A stretch of 64,000 bases of DNA from Octopus sinensis (GCF_006345805.1 NC_043022.1:25110001-25174000); one strand, 5' to 3'; counted from the first letter of the stretch, positions 11,588 through 24,737 are shown. Notes: generated by a model from the sequence alone, not told the origin. A program made the numbers and translations.

Positions 11588-11768
11588 ATGGTGGAAATAA
11601 AACCCTTCATTTTTGGGATATATTTCACGTTTTTGTCACATTTATTGCACTCTACACGATAGGTGAGATCATTTCGGCCACCATTACTGCGAGGATGCCA
11701 CCACGACAAAGTTACTGATGTCGTGTTTACACTTCGGATCGTTAATTTCTGTGGGGGCGATGGTGGTT
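11588..11768 (-). CDS. Eph: Eph receptor exon, N-terminal part of first FN3 domain, 181 nt, phase 1-2
   Basis: tctttctttcag|AA CCA CCA...ACC AT|gtaagtc. C|AA gives Gln at the junction with the upstream exon. Peptide QPPSPPQKLTIRSVNTTSVTLSWWHPRSNGGRNDLTYRVECNKCDKNVKYIPKMKGFIST carries the Eph FN3-1 signature GGRxDLTYxVxCxxC. Confidence 0.95.
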
Positions 11769-12011
11769 CTGAAAGAAAGAGAAGGAGGAAAAGAATTAGT
11801 AGAGATGATTCTCTGGTGTAAACTCTTCTACATACAAAACAGTTCATATATAAATATATATTCTACATAAATAGGTTTGGTGATGCAAACAGGTAAAATA
11901 GAACCCAAAACATGAGATGTATATAGTTTTTGTTAATATTTAACAGAAGCAACAGGGTACACTTAAGGGCCTAGAGTGTCATACATAGCACTTACATACA
12001 ATATATATATA

Positions 12012-12243
12012 TTTTCTTTTACTTGTTAGCCATTTAACTGTGGCCATGCTGGAGCACTGCCTTAAAGGGCTTGTAGTCAAAGAAAGTGACCCCAGGACTT
12101 ATTCTTTGTAAGCTTAGTACATATTCTATTGGTGCCTTTTGCTGAACTACTAAGTTATGGGGGCGTAAACACACCAGCATCGGTTGTCAAGCAATGTCAA
12201 GTGATGGTAGGGGGACACACACAGACATTCAAAAATACATACA

Positions 12244-12278
<35 letters not shown>

Positions 12279-12441
12279 GACGGGCTTCTTTCAGTTTCCG
12301 TCTACTAAATCCACTCACAAGGCTTTGGCAGGCCCAAGCCTATAGCAGAAGACACTTGTTCAAGGTGCCACATAGTGGGACTGAACCCGGAACCATGTGG
12401 TTTGGAAGCAAGCTTCTTACCACACAGCCATGCATGTGCCT
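12012..12441 (-). mobile_element. SINE family A, full-length
   Basis: Reverse complement of head, core, central (TA)n and tail. Confidence 0.85.
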
Positions 12442-12654
12442 ATTTTGTTCATGTGCCCATTACTTAGCAGTTTGGCAGATATCAATCGATAAAATAAGGG
12501 TCAAACTTAAAAGTAAGCTACTGGGGTTGATTTCATCAACTGAGCCCTTCATCGCACTGCCCCAGCATGACCACATGACTGAAATCTTTAAGATAAGGAA
12601 AGAATGAATATAGAGAGCTAGAAAAACTAAAGTAGAAACAGAAGCAGCAGCAGT

Positions 12655-14490
12655 GGTGAGGGTAGTAGTAGTAGTAATAGTATTGATGGTGTTGGTCTTA
12701 GTAGTAGTAGGAGTGGTGGTCGTTGCCTTAGTAGTAGTAATGGTGGTAGTAGTACTAGTGGTGATAGTGGTGGTTTTAGTTGTAGTACTAGTAGTAGTAG
12801 TAATAGTATTGATGGTGGTGGTCTTAGTAGTAGTAGGAGTGGTGGTCGTTGCCTTAGTAGTAGTAATGGTGGTAGTAGTACTAGTAGTGATAGTGGTGGT
12901 TGTAGTTGTTGTAGTAGTAGTAGTAATAGTATTGATGTGGTGGTATTAGTAGTAGTAGAGTGGTGGTGCGTCGTTGCCTTAGTAGTAGTAATGGTGGTAG
13001 TAGTACTAGTAGTGATAGTGGTGGTTGTAGTTGTTGTAGTAGTAGTAGTAATAGTATTGATGGTGTTGGTCTTAGTAGTAGTAGGAGTGGTGGTCGTTGC
13101 CTTAGTAGTAGTAATGGTGGTAGTAGTACTAGTAGTGATAGTGGTGGTTGTAGTTGTTGTAGTAGTAGTAGTAATAGTATTGATGGTGGTGGTCTTAGTA
13201 GTAGTAGGAGTGGTGGTCGTTGCCTTAGTAGTAGTAATGGTGGTAGTAGTACTAGTGGTGATAGTGGTGGTTTTAGTTGTAGTACTAGTAGTAGTAGTAA
13301 TAGTATTGATGGTGGTGGTCTTAGTAGTAGTAGGAGTGGTGGTCGTTGCCTTAGTAGTAGTAATGGTGGTAGTAGTACTAGTAGTGATAGTGGTGGTTGT
13401 AGTTGTTGTAGTAGTAGTAGTAATAGTATTGATGGTGGTGGTCTTAGTAGTAGTAGGAGTGGTGGTCGTTGCCTTAGTAGTAGTAATGGTGGTAGTAGTA
13501 CTAGTAGTGATAGTGGTGGTTGTAGTTGTTGTAGTAGTAGTAGTAATAGTATTGATGGTGTTGGTCTTAGTAGTAGTAGGAGTGGTGGTCGTTGCCTTAG
13601 TAGTAGAATGGGGGGTAGTAGTACTAGTAGTGATAGTGGTGGTTGTAGTGTTGTAGTAGTAGTAGTAATAGTATTGATGGTGTTGGTCTTAGTAGTAGTA
13701 GGAGTGTGGTCGTTGCCTTAGTAGTAGTAATGGTGGTAGTAGTACTAGTGGTGATAGTGGTGGTTTTAGTTGTAGTACTAGTAGTAGTAGTAGTAGTAAT
13801 AGTATGATGTGGTGGTCTTAGGTAGTAGGAGTGGTGGTCGTTGCCTTAGTAGTAGTAATGGTGGTGGTAGTAGTACTAGTGGTGTGATAGTGGTGGTTTT
13901 AGTTGTAGTACTAGTAGTAGTAGTAATAGTATTGATGGTGGTGGTCTTAGTAGTAGTAGGAGTGGTGGTCGTTGCCTTAGTAGTAGTAATGGTGGTAGTA
14001 GTACTAGTGGTGGTTTTAGTTGTAGTACTAGTAGTAGTAGTAATAGTATTGATGGTGGTGGTCTTAGTAGTAGTAGGAGTGGTGGTCGTTGCATTAGTAG
14101 TAGTAATGGTGGTAGTAGTACTAGTAGTGATAGTGGTGGTTTTAGTAGTAGTGTAATAGTATGATGGTGGTGGTCTTAGTAGTAGAGGAGTGGTGGGTCG
14201 TTTGCCTTAGTAGTAGTAATGGTGGTAGTAGTACTAGTGGTGATAGTGGTGGTTAGTTGTAGTACTAGTAGTAGTAGTAATAGTATTGATGGTGGTGGTC
14301 TTAGTAGTAGTAGGAGTGGTGGTCGTTGCCTTAGTAGTAGTAATGGTGGTAGTAGTACTAGTAGTGATAGTGGTGGTTTTAGTAGTAGTAGTAATAGTAT
14401 TGATGGTGGTGGTCTTTGTAGTAGTGGGAGAGGTGGTCGCTGCCTTAGTAGCAGTAATGGTGGTAGTAATATTAGTAGTAGTAGTAGTCA
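12655..14490. repeat. GTA/GTG-derived minisatellite, about 15 units of mostly 123-126 bp
   Basis: aatagta anchor at 12676, 12802, 12925, 13050, 13173, 13299, 13422, 13545, 13667, 13798, 13925, 14042, 14155, 14279 and 14393. Confidence 0.95.
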
Positions 14491-14922
14491 ATCATCAATC
14501 AATCAATCGAATCAAATTAAATCAATCAATAGTCGTACTAACCTAGCTCTAGACTAGCGGAAAGCTAGTTTAAGGAAAAAAAAAAAGTCAAACAACAAAA
14601 AAAAAAGCAGAAAACTATAACAAAACTAGCAAAAAAAAAAAAAAGGAAGAAAAAAAAAAGAGCCTAACAAAGCTGTTCTCATGCTAGCATCTCCTTCTGC
14701 CTAAGCGTTCTATCTTCTGCATCCTCGTTATTAATAAGAAATGTAACAACACAAAACATTGGAAAATAGGAAAATAAAAACAAACAAAAAAATAAAAATA
14801 TTATATAAATAAATAAATAAAAATAATTATAGTAGCATTTCTAAATAAATCTAATTTACATGAAGTACTTGGACAGACAATTTTAGCTTGAATGAAATTC
14901 AATACAATTTAAGTCATTTGTA

Positions 14923-14955
<33 letters not shown>

Positions 14956-15901
14956 GGTGGTGGTGGTGGTGGTGATGGTGGTGATTATGGAGGAGGTGGA
15001 GGCAAGGGGAAGAAGAGAAGGCAAGAAGGGAAGGAGAAGAAAATTAAAGGAAAAGAAGAAAGAAGAAGAATGAGGAGAAGAAGAATGAGAAGAAGACTTG
15101 GAAGAAGAAGAAGATTGAAAGAAGAAGAAGAATTTGAAGGATGAGGAGAAGAAGAAGAAGAAGAATTTGAAGGATGAGAAGAAGACTTGGAAGAAGGAGA
15201 AGAATTTGAAGGATGAGAAGAAGAAGAAGACAGAAGATTGGAAGAAGAAAACGACAGAAGACTGGAAGAAGAAGAAGAAGAAGAAAAAGAAGACAGAAGA
15301 AGACAGAAGATTGGAAGAAAAAGAAGAAGAAGAAGAAGAAGAAGAAGACACGAGAAAGACAGAAGAAAGGTAATTGGTTGAAGGTTCTTCCAATTCTTTT
15401 GAAAGTGAAATCTTATATTTTTTCTTTTAAAAATTCCTTTTTCTTTATATTTCTAGAGAAGTTTAACTCCTTGCCCCAACCCTCCCTCCCCCCACAATTC
15501 TGTGTTCCATCTCATACCACACTTCACATACAATGCACAGCATCAATAACACTACAGTTACGATACAATACCACAACATTCTACCCCAGTTTCCACCCCT
15601 GAAAGAAATGCCACCATTATCATTTTGCATTCTTATATACACCTGCCCTCAAAAATCCAAAAAGAGATTTTACAAATTTATGTTATTTTTTAAAAAAATT
15701 AATTTCTATTTTTTTTTTTTTTTCAAAATAGCTTTTTCTATTCTAAGTTTCATTTTTTACACTTTTTTTTTCATTTTTTTTAATCGTTCAATCCACCTAC
15801 GAAAGAAAGGAAAAAGGAAAAGAAAAAGTAGCAAAAAAATTACAAAAAACACTATATATATATAATATATATATATTGCATACATACACACAGGCCGTAA
15901 A

Positions 15902-15937
<36 letters not shown>

Positions 15938-16318
15938 AAATGTAATATATTATATAATACTTTTAAGAAATTTTTCCCTGCTTTTCAAATTTGAAATTTT
16001 CTAAACTTATTTACATCTTCAAATGTAATTTTATTTATCTATCCATTTTATTATTATTATCATTATTACTATTATTATTATTATTACTGTTATCATTATT
16101 ATCATTATCATCATTATTATTATTGTTATTATCATTATCATCATTATCATCATTATTATTATTATTATTATTATTATCATCATTATCATCATTTTATTAT
16201 TATTATTATTATTATCATTATTATTATATTATTATTATATAAAAGTAAATTTCAGCTTTCAGACATTAGAGGAGAAGGAAAAACATACAAGGAAGTTGGA
16301 TAAGGAAAGGGGAATTTA

Positions 16319-16350
<32 letters not shown>

Positions 16351-16433
16351 TAAAAAGCTAATAATTTGAATAAGAGAAATTTCCACTTGGAAGAGCAGAA
16401 CTAAATTTGAACATCTGTAATGTAACACACACA

Positions 16434-16477
<44 letters not shown>

Positions 16478-17330
16478 TAATAATAATAATAATAATGATA
16501 ATAATAATAATAATAATAATGATAATTGAAAATCGAGGGAATAGAGGTGGGGTGAAATTGGCTTTATTTTTTTTTTTTAGTTTAAAGTTTTTTTTTCCCA
16601 GGAAATATTTTAGTATCATAATAACGAATACAGTAAATTTGGAGAGACAGAGAGGAGAGGAATAGGAGAATGGAAAGAGAGAGTGACCAATAAAGGAAAG
16701 CAGAAATTAGTGAATGAGTGTCAAAGGATTATATAAATTTGTAAGATAAGATACATACACATACACACACACATACACACACATATCTATATGTATAGTG
16801 TTATGCTTAGAAGCAATGCATGTTACAGGAATTTCTGACTTGAGTCAGGCAGAACAAACCAATCAAAATCCTTCTTGTAGTCAGGGTTGGTTTTAAGTTA
16901 ATTAGACAGATTTGTCCAAAATGGGCCCTGTGCCAAGAGAGGGCCCTCTACCAAAAGTGAGCTCCATGCGAACACTTGAGTAGCAGGTGCTATGAAGAAT
17001 TTTCAGTAACTCATTGTGGCCAATGGTGGCACCTCAAGCCCTCAATGCATTTTGGCTGAGATTAATATACAACGCAAAATATCCATCTTCAGCGTTTGAG
17101 AGATAAAGAGACAGTCAAAGAGAGCAAGAGAGAGAGAAAGAAAGAGAGAAGGGGGGGAGGGACAAAGAGAGCAAGAGAGAGAGTAAAGAGACCAAGAGAG
17201 GGACAAACAGAGAGTCAAAGAGACTAAGAGTGTGGGTGAGAGAGAGGGGGGATAAAGTGACTAAGAGAGAATGAGAGAGACATAGGAAGCAAGAGGAAAG
17301 ACAGAGAGACGAGAGAGAGAGAGAAAGAGA

Positions 17331-17680
17331 GAAATAGAGTGAGAAGGAATCAGACAGAGAGAGTGAGACAGAAAGATACAGAGACCAAGAGAGAGAGAAA
17401 GAGAGAGTCAAAAAGACCAAGAGTGTGGGTGAGAGAGAGAGAGAAATAGAGTGAGACAGAATCAGACAGAGAGAGCGAGACAGAAAGATACAGAGACCAA
17501 GAGAGAGAGAAAGAGAGAGTCAAAAAGACCAAGAGTGTGGGTGAGAGAGAGAGAGAAAGAGAGAGAGAAATAGAGTGAGACAGAATCAGACAGAGAGAGT
17601 GAGACAGAAAGATACAGAGACCAAGAGAGAGAGAAAGAGAGAGTCAAAAAGACTAAGAGTTTGGGTGAGAGAGAGAGAGA
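17331..17680. repeat. GA-rich minisatellite, 3 units of 112-124 bp
   Basis: gaaatagagtgag anchor at 17331, 17443 and 17567. Confidence 0.8.
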
Positions 17681-17823
17681 GAGAGAGGGACATTGAGAGT
17701 AAGTGAGAAAGACAGAGAGACCAAGAGACAGGGAGAAAATAAGAGAGACAAAACCAAGAGACAGTGAGATAAAGAGACAAACAGATAAAGAGAGAGAGAG
17801 AGATATGTGGTGGTGGTGGTGGT

Positions 17824-17862
<39 letters not shown>

Positions 17863-19419
17863 TTAGATGGAAAGTGCATTTGTATTGAGGCAGATAGTGA
17901 ACGAGTACAACGAGTACATAGATAATCTGTGTATGTATGTGTATGTGGTGTACGTGGAGTACGTGGAAGACATATATAAAGAATATATGAGAGAGACAAG
18001 AAAGAGGACGAGAGGAAGGGAGAGAGAAGGATGGAGATGAAGAAAGAAAAAAAAGAAAGGGATATAAAGACAAAGAGAGAGAGAGAGAAAGAAAGAAAGA
18101 AAGAATGAATGAATGAATGAATGTAATTTTAAGCCAAGACACTCAACTGCCACAATATTAATTAGATGAAAATAAAAAAAAAATAATAATTAGAAATGAA
18201 AGCATCGAATTGTAAGGTGGATATTTTCTGTGATAAGCCTTCCCCCACCACATCTCTGCTTCCACCATCATCTTTGTCCCATCTTGTGAGAGAATAAATA
18301 TACATGTGAAGAGAAGATGCTGGAAATTCTACAACAATGGTAACAACTGCTGCATCTGCAACCACCACTACCACCACTACCACCACCATCAGTGTGACCA
18401 CTATCACTGAGAGCATTAGCATTATATTATCCACACCATACATATATATATATATATATTCTTATCTAGGTCGTCCCATATACATATATATAAATACACA
18501 CACACACACACACATATATACATACATGCATATATGCATTTATACATACATATACATACATATGTATATGTACATACATACGTATATACATGTACATGGA
18601 TATACATACATACAAACAACATATATACATACAATATATATATATATACACATACATACATATACATACACACATATATATGCATAAACACACGCATATA
18701 CATACATATACACACATATATATATACACACACACACACATATTTATATATACACACACACATATATATATATTCACACATACATATATATATACACACA
18801 CACACACACATATAAATCCTCAGATACAAATAAAAATGCTAACTAACAAACCATAACAATACATATATATATATATATATATACATACATATGTATATAT
18901 ATATTTGTGTATATATATGTATAGTAACTGAAACAGTGTGAAGAACAAGAAGAATGAGGACAGTGGCAAGAAGAGAAAGGCAGCCCAAAACACACCTGCT
19001 TCTTTGCCAATGGTAGCCCCTAATTTTTTTGGGGTAGTTTTCTTGTTTGTTTGCTTGTTGCTATTTTTTTCTTTTTTTTTTCTATATTTTGCATTCTACA
19101 CTCTCTCTCTCTCTCTCTCTCTCTCTCAACATCATTACACACACAAAAAACGAACATTAATTTTCAGCAAAAACATTAGACAAACGATGAACATAGAGAC
19201 AGATAACAAAGAAGGAATACCACCACCACCACCACTACCACCACTACCACCACCACCACCACTACCACCACAACAACAACAACAGTAATGAGGACACCAG
19301 CAGCAAAGGGGTATCGCTGTCATCAGTGTTGTTGTAATTATCATCATAATCATCGTTATTATCATCGTCATTGCTAACGATAGCGAAATATTCTTGAAGG
19401 CAAGAAGCTACCAAGGAAT

Positions 19420-20450
19420 GACTCCACATTTCAACAGCGACAAAGCTTAATAGCAGTACGATGATGATGATCATGATGGTCATGAGAGTGATGATGATGA
19501 AGATGAGATGACGATGGTGATGATGATGATGATATTAATGATGGTGACTATTTTAATTGATGATGATGATGCTAATGATAAAGTTGGTGATGATGCTCCA
19601 CATTTTAACAGTGACAAAGCTTAATAGCAGTACGATGATGATGATGATGATGATGATGGTCATGAGAGTGATGATGATGAAGATGAGATGACAATGGTGA
19701 TGATGATGATAATGATGGTGACAATTTTAATTGATGATGATGATGATAAATTTGGTGATGGTGATGATGTAAGTGATGATGACGATGTTGATTTTGATGA
19801 TGTTACTGATGATGATGATGGTGGTGTTGATGTTGATAATGATGATGATAATGAGGATGCTGATGATAATGATGATGATGAAGCAAGAACAATTAACAAT
19901 TCACAACAATAGCAACAAGAAGCTACAAGATGATGATGATGATCGTCATGAGAGCAATGATGATGAAGATGAGATGACTACGGGGATGATGATGATGATG
20001 TTAATGATGGTGACAATTTTAATTGATGATGATGATGCTAATGATAAAGTTGGTGATGATGATGATGATGTGAGCGATGCTGACGATGATTTTGATGATG
20101 TTGCTACTACTGATGATGATGGTGGTGTTGATGTTGATAATGATGATGAGGATGCTGATGATAATGATGATGATGAAGCAAGAACAATTAACAATTCACA
20201 ACAATAGCAAAAAGAAGCTACAAGATGATGAGAATGATGATGATGAAGATGAGATGACAATGGTGATGATGTTGATGATGTGAGTGATGATGACGATGTT
20301 GATGATGATTTTGATGATGTTACTACTGATGATGATGATGGTGGTGTTGATGTTGATAATGATGATGATAATGAGGATGCTGATGATAACGATGATGATG
20401 AAGCAAGAACAATTAACAGTTCACAACAATAGCAACAAGAAGCTACAAAA
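19420..20450. repeat. GAT-derived compound minisatellite
   Basis: gaagcaagaacaattaaca.ttcacaacaatagc occurs three times (about 19880, 20175, 20400); gaagatgagatgac four times. Confidence 0.85.
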
Positions 20451-20916
20451 ATGATTCTGAAAAAACTCACACATCAACTCTATGAAAACTACAGTAATAC
20501 CATTAACCAGTAACAAGAATACACACACAAAAAAACCCCACAAAATATATAAAACTACTACTGCGACTACTACAAGTAGTAGCAGCAGTCGTGGTAGTAG
20601 TAATTTAACTACAATAACAACAGTATCAATAATAAAGACAATCTTTATAAGTGAAAATTTGCAAACGTAAAATAAGAAATATAACAAAATATATATATAA
20701 AAAAAAAAACATTTTTGAAATGTAAAATAAAGAATTAGAAAGGAAAAAAAAAATATAAGAGAAGTGAAAAAAAAATAACTTAAATGATGAAAAAAAAATA
20801 AAATAAAATAATTTTATTTATTTATTTTTTTTTTCAAATCTATTTTAAAGCCAGCTGCTAAAAGCTATTTTGCCTTTTTATCCATTATCAAATTTGTTCA
20901 GTATGAGATTAGAGAA

Positions 20917-20953
<37 letters not shown>

Positions 20954-21098
20954 GTGTGTGTGTGTGTATGTGTGTGAGTGTGTGTATGTGTGTGTATAAC
21001 ACATGTTCGCATGCTAACATTTATATATGCTTACATGTACATTTCCATATATATATATATATATATATACATAAACATACAGACATATATACAGGTGT

Positions 21099-21139
<41 letters not shown>

Positions 21140-21803
21140 AATACATACAGATATACATAGACGCAAATGTATACGTATATACACACACATACACATGTAT
21201 ACATATACATGTATACATGTGTGTGTGTATGTGTTTAAGCATAAAAATGTATACACATACATATGTACACACATCCATACATAGACGCAAATGTATACAT
21301 ATATACATACATACATACAAATGTATACATATACATGTATATATGTGTGTGTGTTTTGGCATAAAAATGCATACACATCATGTCAAAATGTATACACATA
21401 CATATGTACACACATCCATACATAAATGTATATACATACATTTATACACACATTCATATATACGTATACACATACACACACACACACACATATAAATGCT
21501 TACACTTACATGAAAATATACACACATCCATATATACATATACACATGGTCCAATGTACATACATGCATACACACACAGTCACACAATACAATTTCACAG
21601 TGAAATAAATATAAGTAAAAAATGAATATTTGAAGAGAAACTCAAGGAAAATTCAAACAAGCACGCAGGGAAATTAAAACAAAAATTTCAACAATTTTAA
21701 ATTGAAAAAAAAGGGAGAGAGGGTAAACGAACCTTAAGAACAAGGGTTTTCACAAAATTAGTAAGAGAAAGTGGAAAAGGAACAATAATTGAGAGCGGAG
21801 AAC

Positions 21804-21840
<37 letters not shown>

Positions 21841-21969
21841 CAACGTTTAACGTCTGTTTTCCATGCTAGCATGGGTTGGACGGTTCAACTGGGACAAAAT
21901 GTCACTAAGCATTTTATCTATCATGCTAATGATTGTCAGCACACTGCCTTAATAATAATAATAATAATA

Positions 21970-22806
21970 GCCCTGATGCAATAAATGCCCTGATGCAGTA
22001 AATGCCCTGATGCAGTAAATGCCCTGATGCAGTACCAGGCAGTGGCTCTCATGGCTTCTGATCTTAATTGATTGGAAGTGTTATCATGTACATTGTTTTG
22101 TCTTGGTATAAAAGATGGGCTACAGCAAATATTCTGCTCAATACCACAGATTTGCTTGTCAGTTGTTTGACCATAACCAGTTGAGCATGTCCCTGAGTGG
22201 CTGACGATATGAGCATCTCTGATCAGGAGCAGAAGTAGTGCGGTAGCATCATGCCCTGATGCAGTACCAGGCAGTGGCTTTTGTGGCCTCTGATCTTAAC
22301 TGACTAGAAGTGTCATCATGTACATTGTTTTGTCTTGGTATAAAAGATGGGCTACAGCAAATATTCTGCCCAATACCACAGATTTGCTTGTCAGTTGTTT
22401 GACCTTAACCAGTTGAGCATGTCCCTTAGTGGCTGACGATATGTGCATCTCTGATCACGAGCAGAAGTAGTGGGGGAGCATCATAGCCATGTGTTGAGAG
22501 GGATTCTTTGGGGTTTGAATAATTTACCTCTGGAAACATGGGTGTTTCATTCAACATCCTTAAACAACCCTTATTCAGGGACCTTTTGAGCGGGATGGGC
22601 TACTCAACCTGAAGAAAATTCTAACTGGGCCCCACCTGCAAGGTCATGCACTGTTTACCTTGATATGAGATCACCATGTCGCGCACACATGGTTGTAATG
22701 CATGTGCCTGGTGTACCCTTATAGGACGGGTAGTCATGATGGGTATATTGGGCTTCGTATATTTTTCCCCAGTGTCACTTTGATGGCATGCACTGCTCTC
22801 TCACTC
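21970..22806 (+). mobile_element. Same non-coding (AAT)n-flanked element (copy 1) with reiterated 5' end
   Basis: Three 17-bp gccctgatgcagtaaat-type units (21970-22020), a 232-bp 5' segment (22021-22252), then a full copy from 22253; (AAT)n on both sides. Confidence 0.8.
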
Positions 22807-22961
22807 AATAATAATAATAATCGTTTAACGTCCGTTTTCCATGCTAGCATGGGTTGGACGGTTCAACTGGGACAAAATGTCACTAAGCATTTTATTCATC
22901 ATGCTAATGACTGTCAGCACACTGCCTTAATAATAATAATAATCATAATAATAATAATAAT

Positions 22962-23198
22962 GTTTTCTTTATTAGACACAAGGGCCAAATGCAAGACAAA
23001 TAAGGACAATACAACATAAGGGACAAGTGGAGTTTGGCACAATTTTATAAATAACTAACAGTTAACAATAAAATTTCCCCAAAAGTAGGGAGTTCCTCAT
23101 GGGGACATCCAAGGAGCCTCATTCATCCTAGTTACCCAAACCACCAAGGGCATCTGCCTCTCTCCTGAACTCCTCCAGTTCACAAGCAAATGTTCAGA
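22962..23198 (-). mobile_element. Possible LINE or SINE 3' end sharing its terminus with SINE family B
   Basis: Reverse complement ends tgtccttatttgtcttgcatttggcccttgtgtctaataaagaaa, similar to the family B tail; the upstream 190 bp is unrelated to family B. Confidence 0.4.
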
Positions 23199-23199
23199 G

Positions 23200-23612
23200 T
23201 AGGCGTAGGAGTGGCTGTGTGGTAAGTAGCTTCTTTACCAGCCACATGGTTCCGGGTTCAGTCCCACTGCATGGCACCTTGGGCAAGTGTCTTCTACTAT
23301 AGCCTCGGGCTGACCAAAGCCTTGTGAGTGGATTTGGTAGATAGAAACTGAAAGAAGCTCGTCGTATATATGTATATATATATATATATATATGCGTATG
23401 TGTGTGTTTGTGTGTCTGTGTTTGTCCCCCTAGCATTGCTTGACAACCAATGCTGGTGTGTTTATGTCCCCGTTACTTAGCGGTTCGGCAAAAGAGACCG
23501 ATAGAATTAAGTACTGGGCTTACAAAAGAATAAGTCCTGGGGTCGATTTGCTCGAGTAAAGATGGTGCTTCAGCATGGCCGCAGTCAAATGACTGAAAAG
23601 AGTAAAAGAGTA
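23200..23612 (+). mobile_element. SINE family A, full-length
   Basis: taggcgtaggagtggctgtgtgg head, B box ggttcagtccc, core ccttgggcaagtgtcttc, central (TA)/(TG) tract, tail gcatggccgcagtcaaatgactgaaa...gtaaaagag. Confidence 0.9.
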
Positions 23613-23806
23613 AGGAAAGAATCCTTTACTCAACCTACTTTTGTTTCACACACTAGCATTAATTTATCTAATTCTTCTTGGTTCATTTTAATTAGTGTTA
23701 TATTTATGAAAAAAAAAAGGTGGGTGGATGAGTAAGAGAATGTGGAGGAGCGGGGGATGGGTAAATGTACTCAAGCATACATCTATTTAATTTACCACCA
23801 ACCTAT

Positions 23807-23851
<45 letters not shown>

Positions 23852-24403
23852 GACACTCGTATGTAGATATAAATGGCAGTAGATATCCCATTTATATTCC
23901 AAAACGAAATTAAACAGCGTAACATTCCGAAAGTTCAAAAGCAGCCCCACCAAAAAAAAAAAAAAAAAAAAACTAAAAGGAAAAAGATAAAAGGAAGAAG
24001 TTAACATTATTCTAGCAGCTACGTGTGAGCATAAGTGCGCATGCCTGTGAGCGTGTGTGCATGTCAGTGCACGCGCGTGTGTGTGTGTGTGTGTAGCAGA
24101 AAAGTTATTAAAAGCCCCAAATAGTTTTTCTTAACTGAAACAGATGCTGACTGGTAGGCCAATAAATTCTGAGCAAATTCTATCGTTTTCCACTCTCAGT
24201 TTTTTTCCACAACTGATTCATTTCACCAAAGTGTATGTGTGCTACTATCATTGGTAAAGGCATGAACATCACAACCTCTTCTTAACATTCTCATTATAAT
24301 ACATAGCATTCAAGAAGTGTAATCCTTTAGCATTCAAATCAGCCATATCCGGCCCTAATATTCTATAGATTTTTTTTGTTCAAATGGAACAGTCAACCCC
24401 AAG

Positions 24404-24703
24404 TATTGGGCTGTCCGGAAAGTTGTGCCGATTAATGGTAGCTTACCTTTCGACTTACTTTAGAACATAGTTGAGTCCATAAAATAGGATTTGACTACAC
24501 CTCCATTTAGAGCACAGTTTAAGCTTTCTTTTCGTTGAAGAAGGTTTATGTTCTTATAACCTGTGTTAATTCTGTAACCCTTTAAAATGGAAGATAAGAA
24601 AGTTCATTTTCGGCACTTGATGCTTTGGGAACCAGACAAAAAGTTGCTGCAGCTCGGCTAGGATGTGTTATCCCACCCTCCATATTCACCAGATATTGCT
24701 CCT

Positions 24704-24704
<1 letters not shown>
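24404..24704 (+). mobile_element. Internally deleted mariner transposon remnant
   Basis: TA plus TIR-like ttgggctgtccggaaaagttgtgccgatt. ATG at 24587 gives MEDKKVHFRHLMLWE (mariner N-terminus), joined directly to RQKLLQLG*DVLSHPPYSPDIAP (YSPDLAP catalytic-region motif). Confidence 0.8.

Positions 24705-24736
<32 letters not shown>

Positions 24737-24737
<1 letters not shown>

Noticed and set aside
12960-13721. 253-aa Ser/Gly/Cys-rich ORF resembling keratin-associated or loricrin-like proteins
   Set aside because: An alternative frame of the GTA/GTG minisatellite, antisense to Eph; no independent gene evidence.
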